A DNA stretch of 64,000 nucleotides from an uncultured Bacteroidales bacterium. Lineage in GTDB: Bacteria > Bacteroidota > Bacteroidia > Bacteroidales > JAAYJT01. This document shows, piece by piece, positions 9,667 to 21,440 of the stretch. Where the stretch lies: positions 5,508-69,507 of the forward strand of contig CAZJZG010000013.1 of NCBI GenBank assembly GCA_964550455.1, read 5' to 3'. Under the pieces are notes generated by a model that searched no databases, had not been told where the DNA came from, and saw nothing but the letters and a program-made list of their open reading frames with translations. Each line of letters begins with the position of its first letter. Position 1 is the first letter of the stretch. Made by a program: the position numbers and the translations under genes.

Positions 9667-11310
9667 CTATACTTCGTAATTATACAGCGATATAAACTCA
9701 AAAGCATTACCATTGAAAAGACCTTTATCACTTAACTTAAGTTCAGGAATTACAAGTAATGCAAGAAATGAAAGGGTCATAAAAGGAGATGAAAGTTTAG
9801 TTCCAGATTCTTTTGCCATTTTATCCAGCATTTTGTATTTCCGGGCTACTTCATAACCATTCTCCAGCGACATAAGTCCTGCAACAGGCAATGGCAGAAT
9901 AAAATTCTCAGATCCATTAAAAGCCACAATCCCTCCCTGTGCTTCTATCAGATGATTAACAGCTTTGCAAATTGCTTCATCACTTGTACCAACTGCAATA
10001 ATATTATGACTGTCATGAGCCACAGTTGAAGCAATTGCTCCATATTGCAGATTAAAACCATGTACAAACCCAATAGCAGGAATAGACTGACTATAACGAT
10101 TAAGTACAATTATTTTCAGTATATCTCTTTTCGTATCACTTACAATCAGGTTATTATCAACCAAAGGGCGGGCGATCATATGTTTTGTAACAATCTGATC
10201 ATCAATGACTTCAATAATATTAATTTTTGATCCCTTGTCACTGACTTCAATATCAGCGGGTTCAATTTTTCTTACATTAAAACGATTAACAGGCTTTTCA
10301 ACTACTGCATCCATTCTGGTATTTCCGTTTTCAGCCACTTTTATACCTTTTATATAAGTCTCCATAACCTTCATATTCTCTGGTGAATCAACCACAATCA
10401 TATCAGCATCATCACCTGGCTGAAGCAATCCAACTGGCAGTCCATAATGCATTACGGGGTTTAAGGTGCACGCACTGATTACATCGAACATATCATAACC
10501 ATTTTCAATTGCCCTTATTATCAGTGAATTAATATGACCCTGAATAAGTTCATCAGGATGTTTATCATCAGAACAAAACATGATCATATGCGGCATTTCT
10601 TTTAATAATGGAATAAGAGCATCGAAATTTCGTGCAGCACTGCCTTCCCTTATCAGAATTTTCATACCCAGTATGGCTTTTTCACGAGCTTCTTCCAGTG
10701 TAAAACATTCATGATCAGTAGTAATTCCTGCCTCTGCATATTTTCTGGCATCTTTGCCCCTAAGCCCTGGTGCATGACCATCAACCGGCTTTTTACGCTT
10801 AAATGCAGCCTGTAGTTTGGCTTTCACTTCAGGGTCATCATAGAGTACACCCGGAAAATTCATCATCTCCGAAAGATAATATATATCATCCCAATCCAGT
10901 ATTTCACCAATAGTATCAGCGCCTATTGAAGTTCCTGAAGTTTCAAATTCAGTTGCCGGAACGCATGAAGGTGCGCCAAAAAAGAATTTAAACGGCACCT
11001 TTTTCCCATTTTCAATCATAAATTTCACTCCTTCCACTCCGAGCACATTGGCAATTTCATGAGGATCGCTCACTGTTGCTACTGTACCATGCAGACAGGC
11101 AAGACGGGCAAATTCTGACGGAATGAGCATGGAACTTTCAATATGAATATGTGCATCAATGAGACCAGGCAGTATATATTGATCCGGTACTCTCGTATCA
11201 TACAGGACATGTTCTATTTTACCTTTATTGACCACAATGGTACCCGGAAAAATGTTTCTATTGACAACATCAACAATGTTGCCGGATATTTTAAATGTAT
11301 CGCAATGCAT
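9667..11310 (-). CDS. ade: Adenine deaminase
   Basis: LPGLIDAHIHIESSML and a metal-dependent hydrolase fold pattern; length ~547 aa from the ATG at 11310. The track start at 11337 is TTG. Confidence 0.85.
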   Translation of the reverse strand: MHCDTFKISGNIVDVVNRNIFPGTIVVNKGKIEHVLYDTRVPDQYILPGLIDAHIHIESSMLIPSEFARLACLHGTVATVSDPHEIANVLGVEGVKFMIENGKKVPFKFFFGAPSCVPATEFETSGTSIGADTIGEILDWDDIYYLSEMMNFPGVLYDDPEVKAKLQAAFKRKKPVDGHAPGLRGKDARKYAEAGITTDHECFTLEEAREKAILGMKILIREGSAARNFDALIPLLKEMPHMIMFCSDDKHPDELIQGHINSLIIRAIENGYDMFDVISACTLNPVMHYGLPVGLLQPGDDADMIVVDSPENMKVMETYIKGIKVAENGNTRMDAVVEKPVNRFNVRKIEPADIEVSDKGSKINIIEVIDDQIVTKHMIARPLVDNNLIVSDTKRDILKIIVLNRYSQSIPAIGFVHGFNLQYGAIASTVAHDSHNIIAVGTSDEAICKAVNHLIEAQGGIVAFNGSENFILPLPVAGLMSLENGYEVARKYKMLDKMAKESGTKLSSPFMTLSFLALLVIPELKLSDKGLFNGNAFEFISLYNYEV

Positions 11311-11403
11311 AACAATAAATTTTAATTCAAACTGCAATAATACGTATGCAAAATTAAGCAGTTAGTCAAAGTATCTATGCTTCCTAACTATCAAATCCTG
11401 CGC

Positions 11404-12369
11404 TTAAGAATTAAGGTAAACCGGTATCACGTCAATACCGGTGGATTTAAGTATTTCTTTTGTTTCCGGATAATTCTTTGTAAACCCAAGAAGAAAGCCT
11501 CCACCACCAGAGCCACAAAGTTTTGTATAATAATTTCCACTTTCAAGACCATATTCCCAGATCTTTTCAGTATTAACCGGGATCATTTCCTTAAGGTTCT
11601 TAAGTGAAAACACTGAAAGTTTATAAAGGTTCGAATAAAAAGCATCTGTATCGCCACTGATCAGGCTTGTAATACAATTATTAGTAATAGGAATCATTGT
11701 ATTTTGAATCAGGATTCTAAAATCCTCATGTCTTGATCTTTCCATGAAATGATTTACCAAAGGCTCTGTTTTTCCGGGGATACCGGTATTTATAAGAAAG
11801 ATCCCGCCTTCTTTATAATGGTTAGTACGTGGTATTTCAACCACTGAAATATCATTACGTGAACGTATGAGCAAAGGCTGCCCTATGTAACAATTCAAAG
11901 GGTCAATGCCACTGCTTGTTCCATGGAAGAAAGACTCAAGCTGGGAGAACTGCTGAAGGAGCTTATTGTTTTGTTTTAGTACCGTTTCAGCATCATCATA
12001 CAATACTCCGTTAACATATTTCTTATAAAGTGCAGCTACCAAAGCTCCAGAACTACCTACCCCATAACCTTGCGGGATATTGCTTTCAAGATAAAGTCCT
12101 CTTTGAACATCTTCAGCAAATAAATCCACATTGAATGCACTCTTAAGTTTCCCACTATTCTTTAATTCCTGAAGATATGGAATATATTGCGCCAGTAATG
12201 CATTGCTTTTTCTGGCATAATCAAGGTCGGTATATTTGTTTTCTTTGATAAAACTTAATTCTGCTTTAAAATATGTATAAGGAATTGTAAGACCCATTGA
12301 GTCGAATAAAATACTGTACTCTCCAAACAACAGAATTTTTGAGTAAAAAATATCCGGTTTTCTTTTCAT
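11404..12369 (-). CDS. GHMP kinase, mevalonate-kinase-like
   Basis: N-terminal SKILLFGEYSILF resembles the K-x-ILFGEH motif. GHMP motif II is PQGYGVGSSGALVAAL. Lies in a mevalonate-pathway cluster. Confidence 0.7.
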   Translation of the reverse strand: MKRKPDIFYSKILLFGEYSILFDSMGLTIPYTYFKAELSFIKENKYTDLDYARKSNALLAQYIPYLQELKNSGKLKSAFNVDLFAEDVQRGLYLESNIPQGYGVGSSGALVAALYKKYVNGVLYDDAETVLKQNNKLLQQFSQLESFFHGTSSGIDPLNCYIGQPLLIRSRNDISVVEIPRTNHYKEGGIFLINTGIPGKTEPLVNHFMERSRHEDFRILIQNTMIPITNNCITSLISGDTDAFYSNLYKLSVFSLKNLKEMIPVNTEKIWEYGLESGNYYTKLCGSGGGGFLLGFTKNYPETKEILKSTGIDVIPVYLNS

Positions 12370-12644
12370 CAGCCCGTGTCCTTCAATAATTAATTATTTC
12401 AAATACAGCTTCAAACCTGCAATTCTTTGTTATAATACGATTTGTATTTACAAAATAGTCCAAACTGTTTTGTAAATTTCAAACGTAATACCGATGGTTT
12501 AAATATATAGAACAATCGAGCAGAGCGAAAATTGGTCTATTATAATTTTCCAATCGGTATAAAAATTTAATATCAACACAAAATGAATTTATTGTAGTCT
12601 GCTTAAACTGACTTTTAATGCACATTGTTCTCTTCCTTCTCTTT

Positions 12645-13718
12645 TCATTTTATCCTTACAGGGCCATTTCCAACACGATCATGTATTACCAGACCATCTT
12701 CACAAAACGCTCTTAATTCATTATCAATAAACTTCTTAACTTTTTTCTGGTCTTCTACCGGGTAAATAATATGAATATTCGGTCCTGCATCAATAGTAAA
12801 GGTCATTCTCAGATTTTGCCGTTTTCTGAAATCAATGATTTTTTCAATAGCATTAATTGTATTTGCTTTAATAAGAACAAATCCAGGTTCAGAACTCATC
12901 ATCAGTCCATGAAGAGTAAGCGCCTCATTCTCAACAACATGTTTAAAACCATACCAATCTCCTCTTTCAATAGCTTTTATAATTGCAAACAAGCGATCAT
13001 TTGCCTGTTTGATACGCCCTTTTTTAAAATAATGATGGTTCATTTTTTCATGACCCATACTGCTGGAAACAGTTTTTTTACCTTTATCAATAATTAAAAT
13101 GCTATTGCATAGATCCTCAAATAAAGGATGAGGTTTTTCCGGTAGCGGCACAGCATATTTATTATCTGAACCATTAACTAAGTCTGAACGCCCCCATAAA
13201 ACAAAACCACCATAAACAGAACGGCTGGCACTACCTGAACACATTCTTGCAATATGAGATGCTTTTTTGTAAAAGGCTGTGTTATCAACCTCTTTACCTC
13301 TGATCTGATCATCAATGCTTAATAAACAAAGAGCCAAAGCACTCATTGAAGAGGCGGATGAAGCAATACCAGCTGAATGCGGAAAAGTATTGAAGCTTTC
13401 TATTTCCAGTGAAAAATCTTTTAAAAATAGAAGTTCTGAAGTAAGTTTCCGGAGCATGATTACAGTCTTTGCCTGAAACTCAGAGTGTTCCTTACCTTCA
13501 AACAAATACTTAAGCAGAATATCATCTGCTGTATTGCTTTTTTGTCTCGCATAAACAATTGTTTCTGTATACGAAAAACTAAGAGTAATACTTAATGAAG
13601 GATTGATCGGCATTTGATTTCCGGTTTTCCCCCAATATTTCACTAAAGCAATATTGGCAGGACTCTGCCAGCCTGTTACAAATTCTTTCGTGCTGCTATC
13701 ATTTTTCTGAGCTGTCAT
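12645..13718 (-). CDS. mvaD: Diphosphomevalonate decarboxylase
   Basis: NIALVKYWGK and GIASSASSMSALALC motifs; 357 aa. Its start overlaps the stop of the upstream GHMP kinase gene by 20 nt. Confidence 0.85.
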   Translation of the reverse strand: MTAQKNDSSTKEFVTGWQSPANIALVKYWGKTGNQMPINPSLSITLSFSYTETIVYARQKSNTADDILLKYLFEGKEHSEFQAKTVIMLRKLTSELLFLKDFSLEIESFNTFPHSAGIASSASSMSALALCLLSIDDQIRGKEVDNTAFYKKASHIARMCSGSASRSVYGGFVLWGRSDLVNGSDNKYAVPLPEKPHPLFEDLCNSILIIDKGKKTVSSSMGHEKMNHHYFKKGRIKQANDRLFAIIKAIERGDWYGFKHVVENEALTLHGLMMSSEPGFVLIKANTINAIEKIIDFRKRQNLRMTFTIDAGPNIHIIYPVEDQKKVKKFIDNELRAFCEDGLVIHDRVGNGPVRIK

Positions 13719-14634
13719 ATATCATTTCCTTAAATCCAAAAAATATATTCAATCTTTTGTACGAAAGGTATTCTTTTAATTCCTGCCTGCTTTTAGTCCA
13801 AAGAGCCATTGCAAAATCTCCTCCCCAGGCACCAAGAGATTTAATCTGACCATCAAAATCATTAAAAACACCATTTTTCAAAGTTGGTTCATTAAGTACT
13901 GCTGATAAAATTGCTTCATGCTCCTGCATCAGCTCCCCGAAAACCTGGTAATCCATACAATGAACCATCTGTTGGGTTATTTCATTTATTTTTTGGATTT
14001 CATGATAAAAATCATTACTCTGATTATAGAATTTATTTACAACAGATTCAGTATCTATTTTCCTGCCCAGGTAAATAAAATAAATCTTGTCAGAAAAAGG
14101 AGGATTGAAATCCACTTCCTCAATCATTCGCCGGTCACCAGATTTTTTGTATAAAACAGGCTTCGAAGCTCTGGAGCAGGCAATATCATAACCTGAACCT
14201 TTTGACACTTCAGAATGCAAATCATAAGGATCAATATCAGCCCAGTAAGCAATATTTGAAATTAATGAAGAACTTGAACCCAACCCCCAGTCAATATTAA
14301 AATCCAACTCGCTAATTATCTGACAACCAGGACTATCAATCAAAAACGAAGGATTGTATTTTTTAGCGGCAAGCAGAATTTTCTGTATATATTCTGATGA
14401 CTTATTATTATTTGAATTAATAATAAAAAAGTCGGATAAGCTAAAACGGGATTGAAACCAGGGTTTGTCCTGCACACAGGTGTTCCAGTCAATAACACCC
14501 TTAGGTGCGGTATTGCCAATGCTCATACTTTGCCCAAACTTTGTTGGAACAGCAAGAGCTAATGCTCCATACAATACAAGATACTCGCCTGAAACAAGAA
14601 GTTTTCCTTTTGAAAAATATTCTTTGGAAATCAC
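13699..14634 (-). CDS. GHMP kinase, phosphomevalonate-kinase-like
   Basis: GKLLVSGEYLVLYGALALAVP (PMK-type N-terminus) and GLGSSSSLISNI (GHMP motif II). GTG start overlaps the HMGR stop (GTGA). Confidence 0.6.
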   Translation of the reverse strand: MISKEYFSKGKLLVSGEYLVLYGALALAVPTKFGQSMSIGNTAPKGVIDWNTCVQDKPWFQSRFSLSDFFIINSNNNKSSEYIQKILLAAKKYNPSFLIDSPGCQIISELDFNIDWGLGSSSSLISNIAYWADIDPYDLHSEVSKGSGYDIACSRASKPVLYKKSGDRRMIEEVDFNPPFSDKIYFIYLGRKIDTESVVNKFYNQSNDFYHEIQKINEITQQMVHCMDYQVFGELMQEHEAILSAVLNEPTLKNGVFNDFDGQIKSLGAWGGDFAMALWTKSRQELKEYLSYKRLNIFFGFKEMIYDSSEK

Positions 14635-15971
14635 GTTGGCAATGTTTGGAATTCGTGAATCTTTCTAAGCTGTCCCAAAAAATTTGAAACACTTTTATTT
14701 GACACCTTATGAGTTTTAAAATGCTCAATTGCCCGCTCTTTTTCCTTATCCGTAGCATTAAAATTATTCAGGATATTAAGCAAATGCATTTTCATATGTC
14801 CTTTTTGAATGCCTTTGGTAACCAGCGATTTCAAAGCACTAAAATTGTTTGCCAGGCCAATTGTTGAAGAAATCATCATCAGTTTCTCGGCATCAGGATT
14901 TCCCATAAGTTCAAGTGAAAACTTTGCCAATGGATGCAGTTTTGTCAATCCTCCTACACTTCCCAGGGCAATAGGTATTTTTAGAGTGTATTTGAAAATA
15001 TTGTTTTTCGATTCCAAACTGGTAAGTCCCTGGTATGAACCCGAACGTGCCGCATAGGTATGCCCGCATGCTTCAATAGCGCGGAAATCGTTACCGGTAG
15101 CAAGGGCAACTGCATCAATGCCATTGAAAATCCCTTTATTATGTGTAGTAGCACGGTAAATATCAATCTGAGAAATCCTGACTGCTTTTGAGAACTTATC
15201 AATAAATTCTTCGGGAGTAATTTCGTCAACACCTTTCAAATCTGAAACCGGACATTCTACCCATGTTTCAACAAGGCAATCAGGAGTATAATTTGACAAT
15301 ATTGACATGATCACCTGACATTCAAAGCCTCCATATATAGGATTCATATCCAGATGAGTTTTTAACACTTCAGCAAATTCTTCAAGGCAGGTATTTATAA
15401 AATTAGCGCCCATAGCATCACGCGTATCAAAATATGCTAATATCTGATAATAACCCGGCATTTCGTCACGCTTGTTCAACAGCTCAATATCAAGAATACC
15501 TCCTCCTCTTTTTTCCATATTGGCAGTTATGGGCTTGGTATGTTTCAACATCAGGCGGCGCAATTCAGGAAAATATTGTTTTAAAACAGCATCATCCCCT
15601 TCCCATATAAAATGAACCTGACCAACCTTAGTGGTTGAAATAACCCGGCTATGAAATCCGCCACGTTCGCTCCAAAAGCGGGCACTATTGGCAGCCGCAG
15701 CAACTACCGAACTCTCTTCAATAACCATGGGAACAATTAATACTTCACTGTTAATCATGACGTTTGGAACTACGCCATAAGGGAAGAAGTAATTTGTTAC
15801 AGTATTTTCACTGAATTCATCCAGTAATTTCTGCACTTTGGTATTTTCGTGCCAAAATGACCGCAAAAGATCAATTCCTGCCTGCGGATGATGCAGAAAT
15901 GAAGTAATTTTCTCAATTTTACTATCCTTCCCTAATTTTGAGAACCCTTTAATTATTTTGTTATTTCCCAT
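14631..15971 (-). CDS. mvaA: Hydroxymethylglutaryl-CoA reductase (class II-like)
   Basis: 446 aa. VPMVIEESSVVAAAANSARFW, DAMGANFINT and GTVGG-like SVGGLTKLHP. Confidence 0.85.
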   Translation of the reverse strand: MGNNKIIKGFSKLGKDSKIEKITSFLHHPQAGIDLLRSFWHENTKVQKLLDEFSENTVTNYFFPYGVVPNVMINSEVLIVPMVIEESSVVAAAANSARFWSERGGFHSRVISTTKVGQVHFIWEGDDAVLKQYFPELRRLMLKHTKPITANMEKRGGGILDIELLNKRDEMPGYYQILAYFDTRDAMGANFINTCLEEFAEVLKTHLDMNPIYGGFECQVIMSILSNYTPDCLVETWVECPVSDLKGVDEITPEEFIDKFSKAVRISQIDIYRATTHNKGIFNGIDAVALATGNDFRAIEACGHTYAARSGSYQGLTSLESKNNIFKYTLKIPIALGSVGGLTKLHPLAKFSLELMGNPDAEKLMMISSTIGLANNFSALKSLVTKGIQKGHMKMHLLNILNNFNATDKEKERAIEHFKTHKVSNKSVSNFLGQLRKIHEFQTLPT

Positions 15972-16271
15972 AATTAATTGTTATTTGCCTAAATATGAAG
16001 GATATTACTTTTTAAGCAAAATAAAAGTTTTTCAAAATACCCGTTCGAACCTATAATTGACATTTGTTATACCGAAACAAGAATAATATATCTTTTGTTT
16101 GATCATTGATCATATCAGAAAACATTCATCCTGATACTTTTACGGTATAATTCGTTTTACGAAAGTATAAAAAAGTTCATTCATACAGGTATTTTCAATC
16201 GAATTGTAACCATTGTGATTTTATAAATCATGCACAGGTATTGCTGATAGCCACATCCAGCATGTAAAAAA

Positions 16272-16300
16272 CAAAAAAGCCGCTTTTAAAATAAAGCGGC
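16272..16300 (-). terminator. Rho-independent terminator downstream of groEL
   Basis: Stem gccgcttt (16279-16286) pairs with aaagcggc (16293-16300). The A-run at 16273-16278 gives a T-run on the minus strand. Confidence 0.6.
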
Positions 16301-16329
16301 CAGGATAATTTAATAAGATTTATGAGAGA

Positions 16330-17976
<1,647 letters not shown>

Positions 17977-18000
17977 TTAATTTTTATAATTCCTTGTTAA

Positions 18001-18279
18001 TTAAATAATTGCAAGAATATCACTTTCACGCATGATAAGATAATCCGTACCATCAATATTTATTTCGGTTCCGGCATACTTTCCATACAATACTACCTCA
18101 CCCGGTTTTACAGTTGTAGGTTCATCTTTTTTTCCGGGGCCGGCTGCTACAATAGTGCCTTTTTGTGGTTTTTCTTTTGCTGTGTCAGGAATAATAATTC
18201 CAGCTGCTGTTTTTTCTTCTGCCGGTGCAGGCTTAACCAAAACTCTGTCGGCTAATGGTTTAATGTTTACTTTTGACAT
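18001..18279 (-). CDS. groS: Co-chaperonin GroES
   Basis: 92 aa. [12 protein letters not shown]...[12 protein letters not shown]; immediately upstream of groEL. Confidence 0.97.
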   Translation of the reverse strand: MSKVNIKPLADRVLVKPAPAEEKTAAGIIIPDTAKEKPQKGTIVAAGPGKKDEPTTVKPGEVVLYGKYAGTEINIDGTDYLIMRESDILAII

Positions 18280-18561
18280 CTTCTGATTGATTTTATATTA
18301 TACATATAATTAATTAAACAGATTTTACTCTGACGGAGGGTTTGACATATTTCATGCCAATAAAATATTTTTACTCCCGGGATTATTTAATAATTAGTTT
18401 AAGATCAATTTCATTTTATTGATTATCAGCATACTATGACGGTGAAAAACGAACCATGTCCATTTATGGCTCAATTTTTTTATTAATTTTTATTAATTCG
18501 CAAAAAAAAATGTCATAATATGTGACATTATGACATTCTTAAATTCCGGTGAGTATTTTCT

Positions 18562-18894
18562 CTAATCTTCCTGCGGAGGCATTTGATAATCCTGCACAGG
18601 CTGTTGGGTTGTGCCGGTTTCAACATGTTGCCTTAACTCAGTATCGCTAATGGTTTGCACCTGATTGCGGGGAATAACAAAAACGCTAAACAGGCTCAAT
18701 ACCAAAAGAACTATAGCCAGGGTCCAGGTTGCTTTTTCAAGAAAGTCAGCAGTTTTGCGAACACCCATAAACTGATTTGATGAAGCAAAATTGGAAGCAA
18801 GACCTCCTCCTTTTGAATTTTGAACAAGGACTATCAATGCTAATAAAATACAGGTAATTAGTATTAATACCGAAACTAAGATATAGCCACCCAT
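18562..18894 (-). CDS. secG: Preprotein translocase subunit SecG
   Basis: 110 aa, two TM segments, LVQNSKGGGLASNF motif. Confidence 0.85.
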   Translation of the reverse strand: MGGYILVSVLILITCILLALIVLVQNSKGGGLASNFASSNQFMGVRKTADFLEKATWTLAIVLLVLSLFSVFVIPRNQVQTISDTELRQHVETGTTQQPVQDYQMPPQED

Positions 18895-18921
18895 AATAAA
18901 ATGTATTAAATTGATTTTGTG

Positions 18922-19584
18922 TTACTTATAATCTTTTTCTATTTCTTCAATCTGGGCTGCAAAAGTACTACTTTTTTCGGGATATATCAAAATCAAACGT
19001 TTAAAAACTCTTATGGCTTTTTCTTTATGCCCCTGTTGAAGAAATATTTTTGCAAGTGTCTCACTTACAATGGTTTCATCATCAATAGTGCTTTGCTTTG
19101 CATAATTGACCGGATTAAAAAATTCTTTCTGCGGTCGGGTTATATGAGGTTCCTGTTGGATAAAACGATTAATGATTTCTTCTTTTGATAAAATTTCAGC
19201 CCTCTTTTTATCAGGTTCAGCAATGAGTATATCATCCTGAATTTCTGTATCATCAGCCTGAACCGGTATTTCAATTATTTTTTCTTCTGTATCATAATTA
19301 CTGATCACATTTTCTGAAACCGGCAAATATAATTCACTGGTTTCCCTGGTATATTCTGAAAACAGCAAACTCCGCAATTTACTTCTGTCGCCGGCATAAG
19401 CAGCCACAATGCTCAACTGTGAATTATACGAAATATGCTGAATGTTTTTAAGGTTACAGGCATATAACATATGAGCGGTCTGACAAAATGGATATTCTTC
19501 AATTACACTTCTGATCATTGTTAATGAACGTGAATCAAGAGATGCAGGATGCTCAATATAATAATGAAATTTTGCTAAACTCAT
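18922..19584 (-). CDS. Conserved hypothetical protein with a TPR-like C-terminal helix pair
   Basis: 220-aa ORF with an ATG start, tightly packed between the LptE-like gene and secG. No recognisable catalytic motif. Confidence 0.6.
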   Translation of the reverse strand: MSLAKFHYYIEHPASLDSRSLTMIRSVIEEYPFCQTAHMLYACNLKNIQHISYNSQLSIVAAYAGDRSKLRSLLFSEYTRETSELYLPVSENVISNYDTEEKIIEIPVQADDTEIQDDILIAEPDKKRAEILSKEEIINRFIQQEPHITRPQKEFFNPVNYAKQSTIDDETIVSETLAKIFLQQGHKEKAIRVFKRLILIYPEKSSTFAAQIEEIEKDYK

Positions 19585-19588
19585 TGGT

Positions 19589-20116
19589 TTACCAATTTAC
19601 AACTGAACGATTAAAAATATCCTGAACCAGTGCGTCAATTATCTGTTCCATAAGCTGATCTTCAACTTCAGAAAGCGACCGTGAACTTTCATATTCCTCA
19701 AAACGCGAAAATGATGCTTCAAAATTTTGTTTTTCATCAAACCGGTTACTATACGAAACCTTTACCGATATTGTAAGCCGGTTTAATGCGGCAGTTTCAT
19801 CACCAGTAATTGCAACCGGTTGAGTATTGTAATCAGTAATATATCCTTCAAATGCAAGATCACCATTTGCTGACACCTGGCTCAGATTGGTCTGTGAACT
19901 GAACTTATCTCTCAAAGCATCAGTTAGTCGCTGACTTAGCATAGGTTGAACGAGAGGTGCATTATTTATAAATTGCTGAATTGAAATAGTTTTTGCTTCA
20001 GGTGGTATGGAAGCACCAGTAAAAGAATAAACGCCACAAGCCTGCAAGATCGGGATCATGAAAGCAAGTGTGATAAAAACAATAATATTACAGCCTCCTT
20101 TACAGATCAATGTCAT
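19589..20116 (-). CDS. LptE-like LPS-assembly lipoprotein
   Basis: Internal start MTLICKGGCNIIVFITLAFMIPILQACGVYSFTG (lipobox). The longer track ORF (to 20236) overlaps the upstream activator gene by 137 nt and lacks a signal peptide at its N-terminus. Confidence 0.6.
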   Translation of the reverse strand: MTLICKGGCNIIVFITLAFMIPILQACGVYSFTGASIPPEAKTISIQQFINNAPLVQPMLSQRLTDALRDKFSSQTNLSQVSANGDLAFEGYITDYNTQPVAITGDETAALNRLTISVKVSYSNRFDEKQNFEASFSRFEEYESSRSLSEVEDQLMEQIIDALVQDIFNRSVVNW

Positions 20117-21329
20117 ATTCTTTGATTTTTCTGTACAAAGTCCGTTCTGAAATACCAAGTTCCTTTGCTGCGTTTCTTCGCCTTCCTCCATGCTTTTCAA
20201 GGGCTTTGGTAATAAGTTCCAATTCCCTTTTCTCAAGTGACAACGATTCTTCTAGTACTTCCGACTCAGCAAGAGGTTCACTGCTGGTATCATAGGTATG
20301 ATGTATGCTCATATCAGCAGGATCATGGTCATATATATCGCTTTCGCCAATAAACTTATGTAAGTTTTGCGGAAAATCCTTAGGCCATGTTTCAGGTTTT
20401 CCTCCTGTTTTCATAATTTCGAAAACCAATTTTTTCAGTTCTGTAATATCACGACGCATGTCGAAAAGCACTTTGTAAAGTATTTCCCGCTCAGAAATTT
20501 CGGAAAAAGCATTTTCTGACTTATATAAAATCGGCAAATCACGATGCTGCCCTTCAGGAAGATAGTTTAATAAAGTCTGAGCACTTATTTTACGATTTTC
20601 TTCAATTATAGAAATTTGCTCAGTAATATTTTTTAACTGTCTGATATTTCCATACCAGCGATAATCCCTCAGTATCCGGCGTGCATCTTCATCAAGTTCA
20701 ATGACTGGCATACGGTAACGTTCAGCAAAATCAGAAGCAAATTTTCTGAATAAAAGTACAATGTCATCCTTTCGTTCCCGCAATGGAGGGATATAAATAG
20801 GAACTGTATTTAATCTGTAATACAGATCTTGCCTGAATTTTCCTTTTTGAACGTAATCGTTTACATCAACATTAGTTGCAGCTACAATTCTTACATCTGT
20901 TTTCAGCACTTTTGATGAGCCAACTTTAATGAATTCGCCTGACTCAAGTACCCTTAATAATCTTACCTGAGTAGAATGAGGCAATTCAGCAACTTCGTCA
21001 AGAAATATTGTACCCTTATTGGCAACTTCAAAATATCCTTTACGAGCTTCATGTGCTCCGGTAAATGATCCTTTTTCATGCCCAAACAACTCAGAATCAA
21101 TAGTCCCCTCAGGGATGGCACCACAATTTACGGCGATATAAGGTCCATGCTTACGAGAGCTGAGCTGATGAATAATTTTTGGAAAAACCTCTTTCCCAAC
21201 CCCGCTTTCACCGCTAACAAGCACCGAAATGTCAGTAGGTGCCACCTGCCGTGCAATATCAATAGCTCTGTCAAGCAAAGGCGAATTACCTATAATCCCA
21301 AAACGCTGCTTGATTGATTGAATATCCAT
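20100..21329 (-). CDS. Sigma-54-dependent transcriptional activator (AAA+ plus Fis-type HTH, no receiver domain)
   Basis: GESGVGKEVFPKIIH (Walker A), ELFGHEKGSFTGA, GTIFLDEVAEL (Walker B), FRQDLYYRL, C-terminal AAKELGISERTLYRKIKEY. Confidence 0.85.
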   Translation of the reverse strand: MDIQSIKQRFGIIGNSPLLDRAIDIARQVAPTDISVLVSGESGVGKEVFPKIIHQLSSRKHGPYIAVNCGAIPEGTIDSELFGHEKGSFTGAHEARKGYFEVANKGTIFLDEVAELPHSTQVRLLRVLESGEFIKVGSSKVLKTDVRIVAATNVDVNDYVQKGKFRQDLYYRLNTVPIYIPPLRERKDDIVLLFRKFASDFAERYRMPVIELDEDARRILRDYRWYGNIRQLKNITEQISIIEENRKISAQTLLNYLPEGQHRDLPILYKSENAFSEISEREILYKVLFDMRRDITELKKLVFEIMKTGGKPETWPKDFPQNLHKFIGESDIYDHDPADMSIHHTYDTSSEPLAESEVLEESLSLEKRELELITKALEKHGGRRRNAAKELGISERTLYRKIKEYDIDL

Positions 21330-21440
21330 ATCTATAGTATGATTTTATTTACAAAGTTCAACTATAATTCATACAAGTTAAACGATTTAATTGCAAAAAT
21401 AGCTTAAATTCAGAATTATAAAAAATTAATCACTGATAGC

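Noticed and set aside
14465-15232. Small ORFs at the HMGR / GHMP-kinase junction and inside HMGR (14465..14668, 14501..14758, 14505..14687, 14809..15057, 14981..15232)
   Set aside because: All overlap well-supported mevalonate-pathway genes in other frames or on the other strand, and none has a recognisable motif.
18280-18561. CIRCE/HrcA operator upstream of groES
   Set aside because: No TTAGCACTC-N9-GAGTGCTAA-like sequence is present. Only the TGTCATAAT inverted repeat is there, and it is reported separately at low interest.
20117-20236. Long form of the LptE-like ORF overlapping the sigma-54 activator gene by 137 nt
   Set aside because: The overlap is implausibly long. The internal Met at 20116 gives a lipoprotein signal peptide, and the extension is hydrophilic and sits within the C-terminal HTH coding region of the upstream gene.
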